64,000 nt of DNA from IMG/VR virus record IMGVR_UViG_3300020442_000013, positions 37,245 to 101,244 of that record; one strand, written 5' to 3'. Positions 57,601 through 64,000 of the stretch are shown piece by piece. This DNA is from a virus. The position numbers and the translations under genes were made by a program. Position 1 is the first letter of the stretch, and each line of letters opens with the position of its first letter. The notes below the pieces were generated by a model. It was given only the letters and a program-made list of their open reading frames with translations. It searched no databases and was not told the origin of the DNA.

Positions 57601-57760
57601 CAGTTGCTCCAGCATTTACTTGGGCTGTTATGTATGCCGTAGCTTCTGCTTGAAGATATGCTTTGTTGCTGTTTAACAAACTATAACCATTAGGGTACAG
57701 GTTAGCAAGTCTACTTATACCTGGTTTAAATACGTAATCTTTTATTTGTGTCTTTGCCAT
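51656..57760 (-). CDS. Very large virion structural protein (tail fibre/baseplate-associated), 2034 aa
   Basis: T/G/S-rich, with repeated 'G.NY...D...I.G..LGG..PANDL.I' units in the middle third. Confidence 0.75.
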   Translation of the reverse strand: MAKTQIKDYVFKPGISRLANLYPNGYSLLNSNKAYLQAEATAYITAQVNAGATGFSGYTFDITKTQKDVGLIIDAYLHDLRYGGNQETSKNARFFWEGATAQISGTRQAEINYHTEIRNIINNFILTNTAHTSLSASSQVIDNSKTTESGVTARITELSNIIINVITTGLSALPTHVPTGAGTIKFQGRCELEDLLLITNSTTNEVIFNFSNNELGGTISQDQYSTDTDFPKFLQITDAVTTLTLNKDTSAHTANDDLQIFKEAPELAVRPYDFGVDAIERMRHASPLAMLDADFEYGLQPTKWSAIGTLRGYPSIYEVPGTTTDVQSVVTDASAGTSGVGQSLITVTTVSPHGFIEGDPITIKALENSVAGAARAEGSFIIYTVPSTTSFTYFAKAKVGSTNGEVLYTNYTQLRKAGFYTGAAIGSPQAAVAIQGFTVVSQGASGTLTAEVIVPQGETRIPYDGTSPTIGAPLVNASIPTGSQTTAVIDNSAGGGSFLTPDIATDTLIGAQSITLLDATGVVPNLAFDRGDGVATYVETVDQGTNVITLSSALTAPLTANTATYSGVQANNYTPSGANLQVEISSNGTAYSVGNITNPGQNYEVADVVKIVGNNLSGTSPNNDLILKVESVDAVGGVTSLSIVSGTPFDGTATYTGLTPTTNGGQGGGANFTVDFTNNTFQAVTITAPGADYIVNDRIIIPGSTFGTNGIDGTHDLVITVSSVNGTGGITGTTQTGTAPDAVNDFAITDDSTEMIMSAPGSHLLVGNFSAGDASRTAGTYLNVSGTSSGSGVVGTFDITINASGAVSNLDIKTIGSGHSQGDTITIQDSDLGGGGAANLTFVVQTVGAGTGQNASFTVRTNGTTYGLVNLVGGDSFMSGETITVPGNILGGSTPANDCVVKITGIDLGSGAITGFSPSGTAVNGAQYTNQAGTKLIGSGFIADISTSGGVYSIDFDSPGDGGSNYGLNQTFTILGTDLAGLSPANDLTITITGVVSDDSTARGEVTSVSISGTASQGAFGATSVNSSNRSPSGTSALFNVTRSSQDSTGIYESISYNNGAGYVTGDKVVVPGNLLGGATPANDLTIVSTNGNFASFDVVSGQPAQADILNLLCTFTMTEATTSQIAASTSISFEALATLEIDFPNAHGLVPGSSFIVTTQSDDGSNNHSLADGTFIATNIPAVDKIRYQARAAGTIDTSASDIIAIVYPKPDSFFIHRPFDGGVQLGTGGPQHGAQAIRQSKKYIRYQSGKGIMYTTGALFAPSYDLQSVTADGVEINSLITVVTDDHDHGVQIGGVIRLLGIETEGYNSGPGNGNDYQPYEDYEVVQVTDERTFKVRAKRRLGSTTPDLGFNAQMSVVTWHGATVRAGVFDDQNGIFWEYDGVNINVVQRTGTFQLAGTIAMLADANLITGTNTKFTKQLKAGDRVIIKGMTHVVTNVTDDTNCTVTPDFRGVNDITGAKMMYVTDRKVKQQDFNIDKLDGTGKSKYNMDPAKMQMIGIQYSWYGAGFIDYMVRGADGNFVYCHRMRNSNVNTEAFMRSGNLPVRYEVTNEGPPGQLSAAIDATQTTIPLKDASFFPKSGTVYINNEIIQYDGISGNNLQNCVRGTTFANFQAGAQRTYSAGTATTHVINTGVVLISNTITPLISHWGSAFITDGGFDEDRGYIFSYPETNITVSTIKQTAFLLRLAPSVSNAIIGDLGERELLNRAQLLLNGIEVTSEAGDGKGIIVEGVINPQNYPINPVDVGWNGLAGLAQGGQPSFAQVASGTSVNWSTGVSSTTASATALATTTAAIDSGIYTSYNNSRYVYIGAADYRNTFGDNSLDHVLGRNISGTRVQAGTVINGGYISPTGTYGYFYLSQRISGGNIAQNQTDHFTITLNNPQTNSNKALFDQTSWVNAGAANGTAATGGSVTWPAGSLVSSVALKTWAGTTYYEVIFNNAFTGTLANGSGTVEFTFEQPPFALPGETVFSFIAVPGERSTLDLKDLKEITNTPLGGRGTFPNGPDVLAINIYKIAGSDTNANILLKWGEAQA

Positions 57761-57763
57761 CTG

Positions 57764-58612
57764 TTATGTTCCAAGTGCTATAGCCAAAGCTGATACTGTT
57801 TCATCTACATATTTTTTATTTGTTGCTGATGTAGCTGTAGTTGGTGTATTGGCTACTGTTGCTGATGTAAAAGCCGCTGTTGACGGTGTAGTCGCTCCTA
57901 TTGTTGTGTTGTTAATTGTACTATTATTTATTGGTCCTACAATATTTCCGCTTGCACTATCTACTAATAATGTAGCATTATTTGCATATACAGATCCAGT
58001 TAAGTCTCCTGTAACACCACCTAATGCATTTAGAGTGCCACCAAAGTTTGACTGCAATCCTACACCTAAACCTCCTGCTACTATCAATGCGCCATTGTTA
58101 GTTGCATTACTATCATTTGTGCTTTTTACAGTCACAGTAGTAAATGATCCTATAGGATCCTCTACACTAATGTTTCCTGAAATAGTGCCTGCTAAATTTC
58201 TGTATGTAATATTATCTGGCGCTGTAGAAGAAACTGCAAACACTAATCTGCCTGAAGTTTTTCCTAATGCTGTTGCCCCTATTCCACCGTCTGAATGTGT
58301 AAGTCCTGTGTGATATTGATCTGTACCGTTATAAAAATAAAATGCGTTAGTTAGTGAAGATAAATCAATTATATATGATTCGCCTCTATACATTGTAATA
58401 TTTGCACTTTCTCCGCCAGGAGTCCAAATATAAGCTGTGTTTGAACCATTTTCTGTAATTGTAAAATTTGCTGGAGTAGCTAAATCAAAAGTTTCTGATC
58501 CCTGTGTTTCAACAAGCGATCTAGCAGTTATGTTACCTTGTGCATCAACAGTAAATCCAGTACTTTTAAATCCGTATGCTGATTCTAACGCTTTATTTGT
58601 AACTGTTGGCAT
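57764..58612 (-). CDS. Virion structural/fibre protein
   Basis: GALIVAGGLGV repeat, ATNKKYVD neck motif; late box at 58640-58647. Confidence 0.65.
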   Translation of the reverse strand: MPTVTNKALESAYGFKSTGFTVDAQGNITARSLVETQGSETFDLATPANFTITENGSNTAYIWTPGGESANITMYRGESYIIDLSSLTNAFYFYNGTDQYHTGLTHSDGGIGATALGKTSGRLVFAVSSTAPDNITYRNLAGTISGNISVEDPIGSFTTVTVKSTNDSNATNNGALIVAGGLGVGLQSNFGGTLNALGGVTGDLTGSVYANNATLLVDSASGNIVGPINNSTINNTTIGATTPSTAAFTSATVANTPTTATSATNKKYVDETVSALAIALGT

Positions 58613-58660
58613 ATTTCAATAATCCTTTTGGCTTTAACATATTTATCCATAATCTAAATG

Positions 58661-59056
58661 TTAGATAACTTGAGGATTTTGATTCTGATAATACTGGGCA
58701 GTATAAATTATTTTAGCACCCTCTTTTCCTGTGGTTGGATTTACTATTATATCTACGTAACTTTGATTTACAGTAGCTGATATGTCTATTAAATTGGTGC
58801 CTAAATTATTTCTTGCATATACAATCACACTAGCTTCATCTAAACTTGCAGTTACCAATACTTTTATTATTTCTTTGTTATCTTTATCAAAATCTGCTGA
58901 TATTGTATACTCAGCACTTGAAAAGTCAGCTACATGAAATCTATCTATAAGAGTATCTGTATACGCTTGCTTCCAGGGGCCATTATGAGATATTGTGCCT
59001 GTTAGAAGCACACTATCTTTTAATCCTTTGCTAAAAAATTTATCTAATTTAAACAT
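58661..59056 (-). CDS. Small virion structural protein
   Basis: D.F....FSSAEYTI pattern typical of T4-like fibre domains; AATAAATA 7 nt before ATG. Confidence 0.55.
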   Translation of the reverse strand: MFKLDKFFSKGLKDSVLLTGTISHNGPWKQAYTDTLIDRFHVADFSSAEYTISADFDKDNKEIIKVLVTASLDEASVIVYARNNLGTNLIDISATVNQSYVDIIVNPTTGKEGAKIIYTAQYYQNQNPQVI

Positions 59057-59066
59057 TATACAATAT

Positions 59067-60884
59067 TTATTCGTTTTCTATTTTAAATAAATGCTTGTAT
59101 TCTGGTAGATATAAGTATTCTATTTTGCTTTCTTTGAGTGTTCTAAGTGCATCATCTAGTGTTTCTACTAATGGTTCTCCACCTAGGTTAAAACTGGTAT
59201 TAAATATAATTGAACAGCCTGTTTGTTTTTTAAATTCTTTAATTAAATCATAATAGTGTTTATTTTGTTCTTCGCTTACAGTTTGTATTCTACACGTACC
59301 ATCTACATGTATAATTGCAGGAATTTTTTCTTCTACTCCTGGCTTGCAGTTTACAGCATACATCATAGTTGGTGAATTCTTCATGCCTCGTAAGTCAAAC
59401 CATTCGTGTACATCTTCTTCTAAGATTGTTCCTGCAAAAGGTCTAAAGTATTCTCTTCTCTTTACTTCGTTAACATGATCTTTGCCTTTTGGGTCTGTCG
59501 GATCATATAACAAAGATCTATTTCCTAATGCTCTTGGTCCATTTTCGCTTTGTCCTTGAAAAATTGCAACAATATTTTTTTCAGTAATTAATTTTACAAC
59601 ATCTTCATGTGTGGCATTTTCTGTTACGTCAGCCTCATAAGTTTTTGCTATGGATCTTAATTGTTGCAATGTAAAATCATACTTTGGTCCTAAATATAAA
59701 TTGTCACCTTTACGTCCAGAAACTTCTGTGCTTTGTGTTAGTTCATGATACATTATCAATGCTGCACCCATTGCTGTACCAGCATCATTACTTACAGGTT
59801 CTACATAAAGTTCGATATCAAGGTCTTCTAAATCTTTCAAATAGTGATAATTTGCTACACAATTTAAACCATAACCTCCACTTAATACTACCTTCTTTTT
59901 ACCTGTCTGTGTAACTGCTTTTCTAATCAAATCACTTGCTTGTTGTTGTGTTTGGATTTGACATGCATAAGCCATGTCTCTCCTGTTTGGCATCAATGTT
60001 AAGTCTACTCTATCGTAGTCATCAGCTTTGCCATTGTCTACTCCGTCAGGAGTTAGTTCTTCGTATAATCCATCATTTACTAATGCCGCATTTGGATATG
60101 TAGGAACAATCAAATTTCTATTAGACAGCGGTATTTTTCCTAGGTCGTCAAATAAAGCAGGAATTTTTTTATTCTCTTTTCCATAAGGAAATAAGCCCAT
60201 AGTTTTGCCAGCTTCAATTGCACTAAAGCCACAGTATTGTGTTACTGCTTCATATACTTTTGTAATACCTGCTCTATCAGAAATTGCAATTTCATATTCA
60301 GTACCATCAGCATTTTTTTCTGTCAAGAATGAAGTTGTGTTAGGACCTCTTGTGCCTAAGTGCTTGTAGACAACACCAAAATCAGCAGGATAGTTACAAT
60401 TAAAAACTGTTTCAGTTTCAAAACCATATGTTGATTCTCTGTTTATCTCCATCGGAATAAATGTACCAGCTCCGTCTATCACTACAGCCACAGCTTCAGT
60501 AAATCCGCTTCTATAAAAAGCACATCCTGCATGTAACTTGTGATGTTCCATTGCTACATCTATTACTTGAGGGTGCTTACCTCTTGAATGCCTATCAATC
60601 AAACCAAGTTTTCTACACATACCAGTATATACATCATCACCTGAAAATTCTAACCTGCCAGCTGATTCTGTAAGTGGTTGTGTATGGGCTACTACTAGAT
60701 AATCTAATTTGTCTGTATAATCTAAAATTTTTACTATAGAAGCTAATGGTCCACCATCATACTTGCTCCTACTAAGTCTTTCCTCCTCTATAGAAAAAAC
60801 AACTTCGCCATCCTTTAATAAACATACTCCACTATTATGTCCTCTTGCAATTCCTGCAATCCATTTTGAATTATTTTTACTCAT
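59067..60884 (-). CDS. Full-length carbamoyltransferase (NodU/CmcH/TobZ family)
   Basis: GHNSG, EEERLSR.K, HHKLHA, IDGAG, EAGKTMGL, SGG..LNCVAN, NDAGTAMG, E.GPRALGNRS, KRREYFRPFA, HVDGTCRIQTV, NTSFNL.GEPLVET. Confidence 0.95.
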   Translation of the reverse strand: MSKNNSKWIAGIARGHNSGVCLLKDGEVVFSIEEERLSRSKYDGGPLASIVKILDYTDKLDYLVVAHTQPLTESAGRLEFSGDDVYTGMCRKLGLIDRHSRGKHPQVIDVAMEHHKLHAGCAFYRSGFTEAVAVVIDGAGTFIPMEINRESTYGFETETVFNCNYPADFGVVYKHLGTRGPNTTSFLTEKNADGTEYEIAISDRAGITKVYEAVTQYCGFSAIEAGKTMGLFPYGKENKKIPALFDDLGKIPLSNRNLIVPTYPNAALVNDGLYEELTPDGVDNGKADDYDRVDLTLMPNRRDMAYACQIQTQQQASDLIRKAVTQTGKKKVVLSGGYGLNCVANYHYLKDLEDLDIELYVEPVSNDAGTAMGAALIMYHELTQSTEVSGRKGDNLYLGPKYDFTLQQLRSIAKTYEADVTENATHEDVVKLITEKNIVAIFQGQSENGPRALGNRSLLYDPTDPKGKDHVNEVKRREYFRPFAGTILEEDVHEWFDLRGMKNSPTMMYAVNCKPGVEEKIPAIIHVDGTCRIQTVSEEQNKHYYDLIKEFKKQTGCSIIFNTSFNLGGEPLVETLDDALRTLKESKIEYLYLPEYKHLFKIENE

Positions 60885-61827
60885 CGTCTTCCTTTGGTTC
60901 TGGTTTACCTAGTACTCTGTCTATAACGTAATCGACTATTTCTGGACTCATAGTCATTAAGTGTTCGTTATGCCTTGACGTAGTTTCGTCAGGCATTATT
61001 CTTATAGGATCATAAACTCTATCGGTCATTCCTAAATCAACAATATTAAAGTAATCACAGTTTGGATAAGAAACATTGATAGGAAATGTTGGACCTAATA
61101 CTACAGTAGAAGGTGTATCTACCATATATGCCAAATGTTGTCCTACACTATCACAACCAAGAAAATGATTTGCATATTTTATTGCAGCTGTCCAGTTCCT
61201 TAGTGCAACCTGTTCAGGCATAGCTACATCTTCTTTAAATTTATCTTTGCTAAAATCAAATCCCATTTCAGCCATTGTGATTACTGCAAAGTCGTTTTCT
61301 TGCAATTTTCTAATGAGTGATTTAAGGTCTTTGAATTCAATACTTCTACCAGTGTTATCAACAAACGATCCATCTACATGTTGTATTGCCCTTCCAAAAG
61401 GTTGTATAATAATTACTTTATCTTTTTTTAATCTATCTTTTACTTGATTGATAATTTGTCTACCAGTTAACATTTCTTCTTTGGAAAGAAACATTCTTGG
61501 TTTGTCTAATTCTCTTAAACCTTTGTTATTAATAGCAATATCATAACCTTGAGCAAGACTAGCTTTTTGGTTGTAGTATTCCCAAATTCTATATGGTTCA
61601 GGAGAAATAATATCTCTATCTTTGAGTTTTTCTTGAAATAAATTTTTGTGCCAATTGTCATAAGCACGATGATCTAGATCTGGATGACCTTTAAATGCAT
61701 CAGTGCCGCCTTCACATACGATTATAAAATCATCGTCATTTGATTCTTTAGCATATAATTCGAAAGCTGGTATTGAACTTACTACTCTTCCGTAGCCACC
61801 GTTCACAAAAAAAGCCTTTGATCTCAT
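60877..61827 (-). CDS. GT9-like (ADP-heptose-type) glycosyltransferase
   Basis: N-terminal GG.G...SS.PA; IIQPFG; C-terminal FLGCDSVGQHLA....P..VVLGPT, matching the GT9 DSG..HLA signature. Confidence 0.7.
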   Translation of the reverse strand: MRSKAFFVNGGYGRVVSSIPAFELYAKESNDDDFIIVCEGGTDAFKGHPDLDHRAYDNWHKNLFQEKLKDRDIISPEPYRIWEYYNQKASLAQGYDIAINNKGLRELDKPRMFLSKEEMLTGRQIINQVKDRLKKDKVIIIQPFGRAIQHVDGSFVDNTGRSIEFKDLKSLIRKLQENDFAVITMAEMGFDFSKDKFKEDVAMPEQVALRNWTAAIKYANHFLGCDSVGQHLAYMVDTPSTVVLGPTFPINVSYPNCDYFNIVDLGMTDRVYDPIRIMPDETTSRHNEHLMTMSPEIVDYVIDRVLGKPEPKEDDE

Positions 61828-61913
61828 CTATAATTCCTTTTTAGGTTTGTAGTAAACATTATACTACTACTTATAGGTTGAGACCAAAGGCTGTACTTAA
61901 TTATGGTTTATTT

Positions 61914-62579
61914 TTATTCCCAGGTAAAACTAATTTGTTTATGTGGAATTTTCCAAGCATCAATACTTGCATAGTTACTTCTCACTGTCTTTAACCATGC
62001 TGACATTGCTTGCATTTCTGTTTTTTGTGCCGCAGTAAAGTTCTCTGGGCGATCTGCTAAAGCCTCATCAATCCGTGCTGCTTCTGCATCATATCCATCA
62101 AATAAAGATTCTTTGTCAATAGGATGTTCCTGATAACCTGGCATTGTAAATTTAGTGCCATCATATTTCATTGCACTAGCTCCATTATGAATTGACTGCA
62201 TAAAGTTCTGCGTTCTATATTCGTATTCATAATCTGGGTCATCACCTGGTGTTTCAAACTTGTAATCAGGTATACCTCCTGTTTCATCTTTGGCTGGTAT
62301 AGTGTCATCGCCCTGCATCAATGCTATTGCTTCAGGGTGATCATTTGCATCTACCAAGTAAAATTTATGACCTTCATGTACATGATTTGGCAAATCGTCC
62401 TCTAGTTCTTTTTTAACGTCATGTGAACCTTCAATGGAAAATACTTCTCCTGTAGCTTCAACTACGCTAATTATATGGTAACGTAGTCCAGTCCATGTAA
62501 CATCTACTGTTTTTCCCTCGGACACAGATGGGTTCCATGGTTCATTTGGATACGTGTATGTAAAAGTTTTTGTAATCAT
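61914..62579 (-). CDS. Putative tail-fibre assembly/chaperone protein
   Basis: Follows the Cys-rich adhesins; C-terminal helical hairpin resembling tail assembly chaperones; late box at 62614-62621. Confidence 0.4.
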   Translation of the reverse strand: MITKTFTYTYPNEPWNPSVSEGKTVDVTWTGLRYHIISVVEATGEVFSIEGSHDVKKELEDDLPNHVHEGHKFYLVDANDHPEAIALMQGDDTIPAKDETGGIPDYKFETPGDDPDYEYEYRTQNFMQSIHNGASAMKYDGTKFTMPGYQEHPIDKESLFDGYDAEAARIDEALADRPENFTAAQKTEMQAMSAWLKTVRSNYASIDAWKIPHKQISFTWE

Positions 62580-62643
62580 ATCTGTTTCCTTAATTAAGTA
62601 CCTTTCGTATTGTTATTTATCATACTATAGTAAGTTACTACTC

Positions 62644-63759
62644 CTAATCGTGGGCTGGAGGTGTACCCTTATATTTAATTCTAACTATAGAGCCTCCGCC
62701 GGACCATCCATGCGTTCTCACGCCATTACATGGAAATGTAGCTGGTGCTGGCATAGCTGGTCTCCACCATGGAGAACATCCAGTCCATTCATAACATTCA
62801 CACATTTTGTTACCACTCCAACAACTTGTAGGTCTTCCGCCCCAGGTTGGTCCTCTATCCAATCCTTGTGTAGCATGGTCCATGTTACCAAAGGCTGATC
62901 CTGCGTATGTATACATATCTTGCCATCCGTGGTTGATTTGCATTTCTGCTCCACATGTAGAATATAACATCGGTGGTGAGTGGATAATTTGTCTGTGGCA
63001 ATTCCAACAACATGGGTTACAGTGACCGTAATACATACAAGCCACCCTATCAGCTTGGCCCCAACAACATGTTACATTAGTTGCAAAAGCTGTATCTCCC
63101 CCAAGGTAAGATTTTGCTAGTCCATCTGCTGTCGGCCAATTGTTTCCTGATCCTAGATTACATACCATACCGCATCCATCGCCTACTGCATTTCCTTCAT
63201 AGTCAACGTTTGGTGTAATACATGCACCGTTTGAACCTAAACAACACATCATTGATCCATCATTTATACAAATTGTACGTCCTCCATACCCTGGTTGGGC
63301 ACAAACACACATACAACCATATTGGCATGTGATGGCGCCGGTGCCGTCGTTTGCACATGTACTTCCTGGACATATGTATATACATGCGGCACCACTTTGT
63401 CCGCCACACATACAGTTGTTTCCTGAGTTACATTGACGACCACCATAGATGAATATCCATCCGTTTGCTGCCATTGGAGTTGTAAATCGAATATATGCGC
63501 CTGGATTTCCTCCTACGCCGCCACCGCAACAACAGGAACAAGCATTACCTCTACCGCCAGCACCCCATAACTCAATTTCAAGTTCAACTGGAGTTGTTCT
63601 ATCACAGGTTACTTGACATCCGTACCATTTAGCACAATGTGGATATTCTGAGTAGTTGTTAGGTGTAAATCCCCATACTCTACCATATTCTAAATTTGTT
63701 TCTTTCGCCCCTTCAGTTATTACGCTCTTTGACGATAATAATGATCTAAGTGTTGCCAT
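62644..63759 (-). CDS. Cys/Gly-rich adhesin-like virion protein
   Basis: Gly-rich adhesin frame IELWGAGG.G...GG.PGAY...GG.G.VRIKY; 36 Cys in 371 aa by hand count. Confidence 0.65.
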   Translation of the reverse strand: MATLRSLLSSKSVITEGAKETNLEYGRVWGFTPNNYSEYPHCAKWYGCQVTCDRTTPVELEIELWGAGGRGNACSCCCGGGVGGNPGAYIRFTTPMAANGWIFIYGGRQCNSGNNCMCGGQSGAACIYICPGSTCANDGTGAITCQYGCMCVCAQPGYGGRTICINDGSMMCCLGSNGACITPNVDYEGNAVGDGCGMVCNLGSGNNWPTADGLAKSYLGGDTAFATNVTCCWGQADRVACMYYGHCNPCCWNCHRQIIHSPPMLYSTCGAEMQINHGWQDMYTYAGSAFGNMDHATQGLDRGPTWGGRPTSCWSGNKMCECYEWTGCSPWWRPAMPAPATFPCNGVRTHGWSGGGSIVRIKYKGTPPAHD

Positions 63760-63787
63760 ATCTATTATTCCTAATTGTTATCATGTA

Positions 63788-64000
63788 TTAGCTACTTGCC
63801 TTCCATAAAATTCTAACATATCCTAATCCACCTCTTGAACCAACGTCTCTAACATCTGGACAACCCATTGCTTGTGTAGCACCTTGTCCTGGTGGTACAA
63901 AAGGCACACAACCTACTGCTTCATAACATGCACATACTTTACTAGAGTTCCAGCAACTTGCAGTACTTGGGTACCAACTTGTTATATTTCTAGCAATAGA
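63788..64000 (-). CDS. C-terminal end of a paralogous Cys-rich adhesin-like protein (5' end outside the window)
   Basis: Hand translation ...SCWNSSKVCACYEAVGCVPFVPPG...CPDVRDVGSRGGLGYVRILWK* aligns with SCWSGNKMCECYEWTGCSPW...CNGVRTHGWSGGGSIVRIKYK of the next ORF. Confidence 0.8.
   Translation of the reverse strand, partial: SIARNITSWYPSTASCWNSSKVCACYEAVGCVPFVPPGQGATQAMGCPDVRDVGSRGGLGYVRILWKASS

Noticed and set aside
51723-58622. Multiple short plus-strand ORFs
   Set aside because: Antisense shadows of the T/G-rich fibre genes.
1-64000. Stop-codon reassignment
   Set aside because: Core genes are full length in the standard code, and TAA, TAG and TGA all end genes at sensible positions.
1-64000. 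tRNA, CRISPR array, introns/inteins, diversity-generating retroelement
   Set aside because: Intergenic gaps are short. No cloverleafs, spaced repeats or reverse transcriptase seen; terminase, helicases and UvsX are of normal length. The Cys-rich paralogs are too diverged to be a template/variable repeat pair.

Overview
AT-rich, gene-dense 64-kb segment of a large T4-like (myovirus) dsDNA bacteriophage of a Gram-negative host. The host is probably aquatic; that is inferred from the auxiliary gene set. Standard genetic code; no tRNA, rRNA or CRISPR seen. Contents: (i) T4-like replication/recombination genes (gp41 helicase, gp61 primase, gp62-like, UvsW, UvsX, UvsY, gp32, dNMP kinase) plus two stripped-down family-C (DnaE-like) polymerase genes. 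(ii) Morphogenesis genes (terminase, gp4, tail tube, sheath, neck gp13/14/15, a 2034-aa fibre, Cys-rich adhesin paralogs). (iii) Unusually extensive surface-sugar chemistry: an ADP-heptose pathway (hldE, hldD, gmhB, cupin), KdsB, three KpsS/KpsC-like domains, GT-A glycosyltransferases, a GT9-like transferase, two carbamoyltransferases and methyltransferases. (iv) Host-like genes (peptide deformylase, AzgA/NCS2 purine permease). Best candidates for an undescribed system: a putative virion-protein heptosylation/carbamoylation system next to ~10%-Cys adhesins; a three-gene guanidino/arginine chemistry cassette (CPF-motif protein + ATE-like transferase + amidinotransferase); a 190-aa minimal or split DnaE; and a QueC-like ATPase coupled to a half carbamoyltransferase. 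Promoter spacing suggests widespread leaderless mRNAs. All protein calls come from motif recognition by eye, not database searches.
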